The position numbers and the translations under genes are program-made. A model generated the notes under the pieces. It did not search any database. It was not told where the DNA came from and saw nothing but the letters and a program-made list of their open reading frames with translations. Source: Octopus bimaculoides (Eukaryota). From it: DNA of 64,000 bases. Where the stretch lies: positions 43,774,697 through 43,838,696 of the forward strand of contig NC_068990.1 in the NCBI RefSeq assembly GCF_001194135.2. Reading direction: 5' to 3'. Shown one piece after another: positions 38,951 through 49,632 of the stretch (the stretch's first letter is position 1; every line of letters starts with the position of its first letter).

Positions 38951-41900
38951 AAGATACAGATTTGCACAGGGTTTTCATCTGTCAAATTCCATTCGCAAGT
39001 TACTGGTCAATTTCAGGTTGTGACAGAAAATATTTGTCCAGGGTGTCATGCATTGAAATCAATATCAGAATTACACAGTTGTGAAGTTAACTTCTTAACC
39101 ACACAACTATGGATGTATCCATTAGTTTAATGTAGCTGCTATAAAACTGTTGAAATATCAAATCAAAATATTTCATGTTAACAACATTACTTCATGCTAA
39201 CAATTCAGTTGAATCTTTATAGTATTTAATGGTTGTAATTATTGGATTTTATACAGCAAAGTATTCATGATAGAAAGGAAATTACACCTGAGGCTTTGTA
39301 CATAATTTTGTCATATTTGTAATACTAATTTTTGAATATTTATGTGCAAACATGGTAGGTAGCCATTTCGGAGACGTAAGTTATTGTCATCATTTATCTC
39401 ATAGGTCTTTTATTTTGGCCCATTTCATATTTGAAATGTCTAATTGCAATGCAACTAAACACTGAAGCCATTTCTAAAACCTCTTTGCATAGCTTTTCTG
39501 AGTCTGATTTTAAAGTTTGTTTGTTTACTTTGATCTCTGTTACAGAATTACTCATTTGTTCACAACTATGTGGTTTTGGATTAAATTCCACTGTATAGCA
39601 CATTGGGCAAATGTCTACTACTATATAGCCCTAAACAAACCAAAGTCTTGTGAGAGAAATTTAACTGAGGGAAATTGTGGGGAAGTCCATGAAAGTGACC
39701 ATGGTTTTTGGTGGAAAACTTAATCCATTTCTAATTTAGCATTACCACCAGGCCTAGCCTTTGTGTGCCTTTTTGTTGCAAGCATTTGACCATCTTTGGT
39801 CTGAAGATAACTACTTCATTTGCTCCTCCTTGTCAGTGGGGTCTAGAAAAAGGTCAAAAGTATTGCCTTTCCTCTTCTGATTAAGCCACTAAAAAAATAA
39901 CTGAAGTCTTTAAAAATCAAGATCACATTATATGACATAATAATTTAAGATAAAGAAAGAAATTTTTAGAACCATCTAACCTATATCAGTATCAAAAACT
40001 TGGATATTAAATACAAGAACAAGGGAGTCTCTGGTAGGTTTCCTTTAGTATGATTTACGCAATTTCATTTCTTTTAGTACAAAAATATAATCCGCGTAAG
40101 ACACAAATGCAACATCATTCTTGGAATAATTGTTGTTTTGGTTAAGACCTGTATTTGGTACAAATCAGTGAGAGCTGAATTTATCTGCCTTAAACCTTTT
40201 AATATTAACTTGACTGGTGCAACCCTTAATTCTTGGATTCAAAGTTGTCCGTTTTAAAGTGTTCATAAATAAATTAAGAGCTTATGTTATAATTTAATAC
40301 AATAACATTTTATCTTCCAATCACCAGCTTTATTATAGTTATGTTTATTATAGACACCTTCCAATACATGTCTGCTTTGTTTGTTTCTTCTAGGATAAGT
40401 GGTTATTTGTGTCTTTTTACACAAGTATAAGGGCCTGTGCCTGAGTAGACAATTGCTGTCTATTATATATAAAAAAGAATACATAAAGTAGAAAAGCTGC
40501 TTTACAATAAAGGGTATTACCAGTGATATTAGATTTATTTTCTTCTTATGGCATACCAATATAGCTAATAAGTATCATCATATTATGTCTACTTTTCCAT
40601 GCTGGCATGGTTTGGACAGGGTTTTTGAGGTAGTGTTTTATGGTTGGCTGCCCTTCCTGCTACCAACTCTTTTAGTTGTCTCTTACAACATGATGATTAA
40701 AGCTGATACAGATTAACCTTTTAGCTCTGTTGGGCTTTTAAGACTATCCTTCATTAGAGGATTCTTTGATAAGATTCTTGGCATTTTTGTTTAGTAAGAC
40801 ATTATAACTAGTTGCAGATAAACAACTTGTGAAAGCAGTATTTGAAGGCTTCATGTGGACCTTGAGCACAACTTCTCCAGACCAAGCCTTAAAATATAAA
40901 AGTGCAATTAGTAATGTTCAGGTCAGCAGTAAGTGCTGAGGATTTTAATGTATTGGTAGGTGTGTACTAGTGCTCTATTTTCAATACCTTTCTATTTGTT
41001 ATAGTTCTTGAAGTAATAGCACAAAAAAATCTAGGACTGGTTGTCTTCAATAACATTTATATGTTAATGGCTTGGTTTTATAATAGTAATTGTTGAAAAT
41101 CTGCAGAAAAAGTTCCATACCTAGATGAAAGAGTTAGAATCTAATGTGACAGTAACAAAAACCAAAGCGCTAGCTTGTGAAAGCTCAAAATTCCAATGTT
41201 ATCTGGGAGGTGGTTCTGCTTGATATGAAGACAAGAAGGTGATAGGACCTTAATATTTTGTACTTGGTGCAAGAAATGTGTGTACTGAAGTTTTCACAGA
41301 GTGACTGTCATTTAGGTCTTCAAGTATAATTGATGCACAGGACTGAATAGCAGTAGGAGCACCCATGCCTATGAATTACACATGTTTGACTTGGTTGAAA
41401 TAATTAATAGTTCTGTGACTAAAGTGTTGTAATTAGCTCTGGAGGTGGTTGGAGTTAATGTACATTAGCTAGTGTAACAAGTTTAGAGAGCTGTTACCAC
41501 TGTTGGTAACAATGGGTTTCTTTGTTCTGACTCTGTCAGACGTTTGACATTTAGTAGAAGTTTCATGCAGTACAGTCATGATGGTTAGGCTTTAAGTGTG
41601 GCAGATTTACTGAAACTTGAGAAAAACAAGTTGAATAATGATGGACTAGATATGCAACAACAGCTTTCAAAAAAGACATAAAAAGTGACCCGAGGGAGCA
41701 GTTAGTAATCAAGGAGCCCACTGATGTATACAGAAACTGCATTCTATTGAGATGGGAACATGATGTGAAAAGAGATTGAAAATTAACTGAAACAATGTTA
41801 GTTGTGACAGAAGACCAAAAAAGACACGGGTAGAGTGATGTAGATCTTAAGATACTATGCTATATAGAGGACATAAGATCAGATCAAGAAAAGATGACAT

Positions 41901-42254
41901 GTTATATTGCAGACCTATTGAACCATGCAAGCATAGAAAAAGTGGCTGTTCAGTGTGTATTGATGATAATGGCATGATTGTCAGAACTTATATTCTTCTA
42001 AATTTTTAAAGCTTTTATATAGTTATTGTACAATTAATAAGGTTGGATTAGCAAAATCAGTAAATTGTTGGGAAATATGCTTTCCAGTATTTCATTGCAT
42101 TTCTCTACATTTCGAATTCAGATCCCACCGGGACCAACTCAACTTTTAACCTTCTGAGGTTGGTTTCATTTTTCAGCCTTCCAAGTATTCATCAGTGAAT
42201 TGTCATTGCTACTGTTGCCACCCCCTCCTCCTCCTGCTGTTGTTGTTGTTGTTG

Positions 42255-43390
42255 CAATGAACTGATGGAATCATTAGCATGCTAGATAAAATGCTTTGTG
42301 ACAATTTACATGTCTTTACATTTGAGTTAAAATTCTGCTGAGGTTGACTTTGCATTTCATCTTCTTGAGATCAATAAAATAAGTATTGGGTTGTCCGGAA
42401 AGTTCATGCCGATTTTCCAAAAGGTTCTTCTCACTCAACTCATGTGGTACCCAAACTTCGTAGCGATTTGTGTACCCAAGCTTTACCAGGTGTTCATGAA
42501 CGACGGATTTTGATAGGTTGAGGCTTTCTGCCAAATCTCAGGTTGTGCAATGTGGGTTATTCTCAATTAATGACTTGATTTGGTCATCATCTGTAGTCGA
42601 TGGGTCTGCCTGATCGCTCTTTATCAATAAGGCTACAATCTCCAGCTCGGAACNNNNNNNNNNAGAAAAGCATCAAGTGCCGAAAATGAACTTCCTTATC
42701 TTCCATTTTAAAGGGTTACAGATTTAACACAGGTTATAGGAACATAAGCCTTCTTCCACGAAAAGATAGCTTAAAATGTGCTCTAAATGGAGGTGTAGTC
42801 AAATCCTATTTCATGGACTCAACCATGTTCTAAAATAAGTCAAAAGGTAAGCTACTATAAATCAGCATGAACTTTCCGGACAACCCAATACCATTTGAAT
42901 ATTGAGAACATTGTAATCCACTTCCCCACCCCTCAAAATTGATGAACTTGTGCCAAATTAAGAAAGGAAAGTTATGAAGGTGGAAAGCTGGCTGAGTCAT
43001 TAGCATGCTGAGCAAAATGCTCAATGGCATTTCATCTGTCTTTACATTCTCAGTTCAAATTCTGCAATGGTTGACATTTAGAGTTGATAAAATTAGTACC
43101 AATTGAGCACTGGGTTCAATGTAATTGACTTACACCTTCCCTAAAATTTCTGACCATGTGCCAAAATTTGAAACTATTATTATTGTTGTTGTGGTTGTAG
43201 TGTCAGAATCATTATCACGTTGGACAAAATGCTTTATGTTTGAGTTCAAATTCTGCTGAGGTTGATTTCATATTTCATCTTTTTGGGGTCGATGAAATAA
43301 GTACCATTTGAACACCAGGGGAGGGAGGGCGATATAATCCACTTCTACACTCCTCAAATTTGCTAGCCTTGTGCTAAAAGAAAGGTTTGT
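42255..43390 (+). mobile_element. Three head-to-tail family C SINEs (~42255-42970 including the mariner, ~42975-43190, ~43195-43390)
   Basis: Repeated heads ...agaatcattagcatgctg(g/a)..aaaatgc, GAGTT(C)AAAT boxes and ttgtgccaaaatt tails. Confidence 0.75.
42386..42888 (-). mobile_element. mariner deletion derivative (503 bp) nested in a family C SINE
   Basis: 30-bp TIRs (1 mismatch) TTGGGTTGTCCGGAAAGTTCATGCCGATTT; TA TSD at 42384-85 and 42889-90. - strand MEDKEVHFRHLMLF...RSGRP...LAESLNLSKSVVHEHLVKLGYTNRYEVWVPHELSEKNL then the TIR; no catalytic domain. Confidence 0.93.
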
Positions 43391-43404
43391 TGTTGTTACT
43401 GACA

Positions 43405-44397
43405 ATGTTCTAGGGGAGTCTCTGGGCACTGTTGAGAACGAACTGGCTAGTCTGTTCCAGAGGACTTTCCGATCAGGAACTATCATGGATAATTTCCAGA
43501 TATCCTTGGCCTGGCAGTGCTACTGGGGGTGCACTGCTGGTTTGAAATAAACTCTACAGGCATGGATGTACTGTCAGATGGGCTTGTCCGAGGTGCATGA
43601 AGAGTGATGAAACCGTTCTGCACGCCCTTGTTCAGTGTCCAGGATTTGCTGACTTGTGGGGTTATGTCGAACAGCTGTTGTCATGTGTGGGACTGACCTC
43701 TCAGTTGGCCGAGTCTGTAGTAATGATCACCCTGCCACCCTCCTTCAATCAGGCAAGCAAAGCAGTTTTTCTTTGCCTGGTGGCTGTGGTGAAAGAGGTT
43801 GTTTGGTGGACAAGGCTGAAGGCATGAGGACAGATACATTCCTCTTTGGTAGAACTCTTATTGACTTCTTCAAGTTTCACTTGAAAAGGAAACAGACTGG
43901 GGAGGGAAGTGCTGTCCTCTGTTGAGTTTATTGAAAGGTGGATGAAAGTTGCGAAAATGGCAAGTGTAGACCTGTAAGTCGGAGATAAGGAATTAGAGAG
44001 GGCGCTTGCTCTTGGGGTTTCAGGGAAATCTTGGACAGTGAGGTTCCTCGATTATCCCTGGAGGCCTTCCTGTATCAGGAGGGCCACATCTTTATCATCC
44101 TCCTTGCCACTTTTTTTTTTTAACCTTTGTATGCTATGCACACGTCACTTCTTTTTCAGTGTATACTGTGTATATTTACTTTTTTTCTATCATTTCATTA
44201 TATGTAACCCCCCACACACACTTTATGTCTATCTTTGTATTGTCCCCCTCACCCTTCACCCTTGTGGAAAATAAATGAAATTATTATTATTATTATTATT
44301 GTTTTCTTTTTATTATTTCATTATATATAAACTCCCACACTTTGTCTATCTTTGTATTTTCCCCCCTATTCCTTCGCCCTTGTGGCAAATAAATGAA

Positions 44398-44444
<47 letters not shown>

Positions 44445-44450
44445 CATAAT
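43405..44450 (+). mobile_element. 5'-truncated Tx1/L1-clade LINE 3' end with duplicated polyA-signal tail
   Basis: DNFQISLAWQCY...SDETVLHALVQCPGFADLWGYVEQLL...VVWWTRLK (C-terminal zinc-knuckle region). Two copies of cccttgtgg(a/c)aaataaatgaa(att)n. Confidence 0.75.
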
Positions 44451-44759
44451 AAAGGTGGTGAGCTGGCAGAATCGTTAGCATGCTGGATGAAATGCTTAGC
44501 AGTATTTTGCCCATCGCTATGCTCTGAGTTCAAATACCACCAAGGTCGACTTTGCCTTTCATCCTTTCGGGTAACATTTTGAGGTTGTTCCTACTTGCCT
44601 TTTTGATGGAAATTAGCCTTATTGATAATGATCGTTTTCATCATAAAAGGGATATTGTGAATGAATCAAAATTATTTGGTTTACAATGTCAACTGCATTA
44701 GTACCCACTTCCATGCAGCAACTATACTCAGTTATTCTTCCCCTAGCTATTCTCTTATT

Positions 44760-45370
44760 TCATCATCATCCTTTAATGTCCATTTTCCATGCTGGCATGG
44801 GTTGGACAGGTTGAGCTGGCAAGCTGGAGAGCTGCATCAGGTACCAGTCTGATTTTGCCTGGTTTCTACTGCTGGATGCCCTCTGAAATGCTAACCACTT
44901 TACAGAGTGTACTGGGTGCTTTTTACATGGCACCAGCACAGGTGCCTCTCTTGTGACCTGGCATGGGTGCTTTTTATGTGGTGCTGGCACAGGTAGTTTT
45001 TACATGGCACAGGTAATTTTTATGTGACATCAGCATGGGTGTGTTTTATGTGGCACTGATACAGGGCTCTTGCATGGCAAACATCTACATCTCTTCAGCT
45101 GGGAGGGGAGCATTAACAATTCTACTGTGGTGGACAGGTCTTCTCGAGTACAGCAAAGCACCAGGTGTCAATGTCCTTTGTCATATCCTTCATAAGGTTC
45201 AGTGTCCTGAGCTCAAACTTCAGTACTTCATCTCATGTCTTTCTGTGTCTCCCTCTTCCCCAAGTTCCATCCACAAGTGATCAGCACTTCTTATGCAGCC
45301 ATCTACATCTATCTGCATCGCATGACCAGACCAGTGCAGTCTTCTCTCTTGCACACTGCATCTAATTCCT
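44760..45370 (-). mobile_element. RTE-related 3' end (older subfamily) with short ttttacatggcac repeats
   Basis: RTE terminus at 44760-44930; decayed ORF end (tctcttgcacactgcatctaattcctct) near 45340-45370. Confidence 0.7.
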
Positions 45371-46530
45371 CTTCCATCAGCAGTTTTTGTTTATAAAATT
45401 AATCTGTTTTAGTGGAAGAGGAATAAAATAGCTATTGAACAATGAGTCTGAAGATGAATAGTAACACTACAATTTGTGATAAATTCAAAGTTCTATAATG
45501 AAGAAAATATTCATATTTGAATAAATTGTTTAGATATTATGTCACTAATTTATTTGTGCAAGCAGCTTCTCTGAATGATCATATGACTTCTGTCTAAAAT
45601 ATCATGTGTTTAAACTAGGCTGCAGACGCTGCATTATTAATTTTAGGAAAATATTTGGCTCTGTGTACTTCAATAATTACTTGAATCCCAATACATTCTT
45701 TATGAATAAATCAAGAAACCAAATCATATCCATAGGTATTTAGTCTCACAGTGAAGGCCTTTGTGGGTTTCTTGTAGTAGTACCTTGTAATTCTTATTAA
45801 AATACTTATATATTATAGATAAACAAGGTTATCCCAGGCATAATTCATTTTGCTAAATGATATAACTGACAGCCTGCAATAGTTACAAAAGTAGCCTTCT
45901 GCTACTTTATTGTGGTATCTTGAGAGGGGGAAGTGTAAAACCCCGAGGAACTGTGAAGACTGAAACTTGCTGGTTTGATCTTCATCCCTTGTTCAAAAAG
46001 TCCTTGTGGGCTTAGTTTTACTGTGAGACTAAATACACATGAATATGAAAGCTGTGTCTAGAACAGTTTTGTTCATATTTTAATTGGTAACCTCATGCTA
46101 CTTTGTCCCAATATCTTGAGAGGGTGAGCTGAGCAAACTGATAAACTGTAAAAATAACAAATCCAGTTGGTTTGATCCTCAATCCCATACTAGCTAAAAG
46201 GTCCTCCTAGTGACCTCAATTTCATAGAAAAATTAAATCCATTTGAATATGAACTTCATTTCTTTATTTTTCTTGGTACTTCAGTTAAAATGAATTGAAA
46301 ATTGTTATGATGCGGTGTTTTCCACAGTTATAATGCGTGGCCACTGTTGTGACTAGCTGTTGTATCTACTCTAGTAGCCACCACATTTTCTTGGTATCGG
46401 ATACAGTGTATCTCTTTTATACCAGAATGGTAATACATCGCTTCATCTATCGTGCTATCACTGATAGCTGTGCAAGACACTGAATTTGAACCATCTACAA
46501 TTGACTGTGACTTGAAATCAACTATAACAC

Positions 46531-47145
46531 ATAACAGACACTTAACTCCAACTGAGAACTCGTACGATGACTACAGTGACTGACACATCACTCCCTGTAT
46601 TGGTTGACATCGTCTCATTTTATAGTGGCTGCTCATACCACTTATCCCGTGGGAGAGGTGTACCATTTCCACTACAACATCTCTCCTTTCAGTTTTTTTG
46701 TTTTGGAAAGCAAGCCATTTTATTTTACTTTATTCACTCACACCTCCCATTTTAGAGTTTTTTTATTTAACTTTGCGAAATTTTTTCCTCCATTTAGTTT
46801 TGAAAATACTTCTGGGTTTGGTAATGGATAGTTGTGTCCAACTAAACAGTCATTTAATCCTGCTGAGAAATCTTCACACACTCTTAGTTTATTATTCTTT
46901 TTTTCCATATAAACTGTCAATGCTACCCAGTCTGAGAAGTTGATTTTAGTAAAATAAAATGGCTTGCTTTCCAAAACGAAAAAACTAAAAGGAGAGATAT
47001 AGTGGAAATGGTACACCTCTCCCACGAGATAAGTGATGTGAGCAGCCACTATAAAATGAGATGGTGTCAACCAACACAGGGAGTGATGTGTCAGTCAATG
47101 TAGAGTCATCGTATGAGTTCTCAATTGGAGTTAAGTGTCAGTTAT
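46531..47145. repeat. Inverted repeat inside Gypsy 1: ~198-bp arms (46531-46729 / 46948-47145) comprising PPT plus half the LTR
   Basis: The supplied ORFs 46604+ and 47070- translate almost identically (HFIVAAH.TY.VGEVYHFHY.ISPFSFFVLESKPFYFT). Confidence 0.95.
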
Positions 47146-48659
47146 AGCTAGACTTTCCAGTCTTTCCAGCTCTTTGTTGACCTGGTCTATTGCTGCAAAT
47201 GGCATGTTTTGTTTAGGCCTAAAAACAAGTGTTGCATTTTCTTTTACAGCAATTCTCACTTTTGTTTTAGGGCAACAGCCCAATCCTTCCCAAAAAAACA
47301 TTTGGAAATAATTTTTTTAATTTTTTGTCTCAGTTCTTTGACTTCATTCAAGCCTTTGACCGTCCCAACTACATTTCCACAGAGGAAACTTTTGTGGGTA
47401 TCCCACATTTTAAATAATCCCATGCATTCTGTACCAAATAAGTTTAGTGATTTTTTTCAACACAAATATTTGCCCTTTTCATTTTATCTTGAAAAGTTAC
47501 ATTGCAAACGCATTCACCGATAAAATATAATTTCCTTCCAGTAACACCATATGCTACTTTATTTGATCTAAATAATTTCGGTTTATCGATTTTTTTCCAT
47601 GTTTGTTCATTTATGATAGTGATGTCACTCCCCATGTCTAATTGCATTTTGACACTTGTGGTTTCGACTTTTACCTTGATGAATTTTCTGTTCGCTGTAC
47701 TAACTTTTTTTCTGATGGTAAACAATTTCTTTTTTTCTTGTTTGTTCCAAATTTTCGTCGTCTTAGTTCTGCAGTGCGATTTAATATGTCCTGTATTCCC
47801 CCAACGAAAACACTTTGTTTTTTGAATGGACAGTCTTTCTTCAGGTGCATACCACCACATGCTATACATAGGTTTATATCTTGATGTTTATTGTGTTTTT
47901 TGTGAAACACTTTATCCATCTGCAGACTCTTCTGCACTGGTTTTACCTGGAAACAATCTCTGCATTGGATTTCCTCTGTGTCATGTCTTACTTTTCATAT
48001 CATATTGCATTCTTCTGACAGTTTCTGTAGGGTTATATCCTGGTTCATTTTCAGCTTTGCAAGGATTTTCATTCTGACTTCTGCATCCTTTTTAGGATGT
48101 TAGTTTATCCCGTTTAAACCTCTCGCATTCCCTGTTCTCACTATCCACATGTGTAGTAAAGTCTTCATCATTGCTTTTCTCAGTGTTCAAGCATTTCTAA
48201 CATGTGTTGAACAATGAGCTTTTTTCACTGAATATCTTACATAAAATGTCAATTGTGTGTCTGTAAAATTTGTCAGAAGATTTTTTTAGGCAGTATAAAG
48301 TTACTGTATTTTTCATGCTCTGTTGTTACTGGTTTCCTCAAAATTAGACATGTTTACATTTCATCTATCCGGTCTCAACATTCTTTTTTGAAAATTTGTT
48401 CAAATCTTCTGTAATATGCCTCAAAGGTGACTCCTTCTTCTGGGTCATATTTAAATTCATTTACTGAATTTGCTATACGGTCTGACAAAAGCATATTTTC
48501 AGGTTTTGTTACCAACTTCATTAGTTCTAGCATTTGTTGCTGTTCTTGTTGTTATTGTTGCTGTTTTTGCAACTCAACTCACCAACAAATTTTCCATGAT
48601 TTTACAGATTTTTCATAAAATGTGTGCAATAAAACATTTGTTACTCCACTGTTGAGTTA

Positions 48660-48865
48660 CTCTTTACTCTTTTACTTGTTTCAGTCATTTGACTGTGGCC
48701 ATGCTGGAACACCACCTTTAGTCGAGCAAATCAACCCCAGGACTTATTCTTTGGAAGCCTAGTACTTATTCTATCGGTCCCTTTTGCTGAACCGCTAGGT
48801 TACGGGGACGTAAACACACCAGCATCGGTTGTCAAGCGATGTTGGAGGGGACAAACACAGACACA

Positions 48866-48918
<53 letters not shown>

Positions 48919-49078
48919 GACAGGCTTCTTTCAGTTTCTGCCTACCAAATCGATTCACAAGGCTTTGGTTGGCCCGAGGCTATAGTAGAAGACACTTGCC
49001 CAAGGTGCCATGCAGTGGGACTGAACCTGGAACTTGGGTTGGTAAGCAAGCTACTTACCACACAACCACTCCTACGCC
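48660..49078 (-). mobile_element. SINE family B, full length, inserted in the Gypsy 1 leader
   Basis: Reverse complement of the family B consensus, with an (AC)n core. Confidence 0.85.
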
Positions 49079-49632
49079 TTTGTTATTTCTCCACGTGAAT
49101 TTTTTTTTTAATTCTTCTGCATGAAAATTTTTTTTTTAATGTTGTTCCCTCATGAATTGTTTATATCCTTGTCATCACTGTTATGGTGAAGTAATTTCCA
49201 CAGTTATGATGTGTGGCCACTGTTGTGAGTCTATCATGCTAATACTTATAGCTCTCCAAGACACCAAATTTAAACAGTCTACCTTGACTATGGCTCGAAT
49301 TCGACACTAACACGTAACTGACACTTAACTCCAGTTGAGAACTTGTACAACAAGTCTACAATGACTGACACACAGCTCCCTGTACTGGTTGACATTGTCT
49401 CACTTTAAAATGGCTGCTCATATCACTTGTCTCGCAGGAGGAGTGTACCATTTTCACTACAACAAAAATACATATACAACAGCTATTTTATAGTTGAATA
49501 ATTGGCTTTATCACTTACATACAAATATAAGAATTGGTATAAATATTTGAATTTGTAGAAGTACTCATCTTTTCTGTTTTGTAAACATTGGTTGAAAATG
49601 AACGAATGATTCAATAAAACTTAAGTTCGATT

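Larger units (their letters stand above)
46303..49464 (-). mobile_element. Ty3/Gypsy LTR retrotransposon 1 (gag-pro, pol largely deleted), both LTRs present
   Basis: LTRs TG...CA at 46303-46679 and 49179-49464. 5-bp TSD AAAAT on both sides. PPT AAAGGAGAGA abuts the 3' LTR. PBS-like GTGATGACAAGGAT follows the 5' LTR. Tandem zinc knuckles CIACGGMHLKKDC / CFRWGNTGHIKSHC, protease LDMGSDITII, RT start PKQNMPFAAIDQVNKELERLE. Confidence 0.9.
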
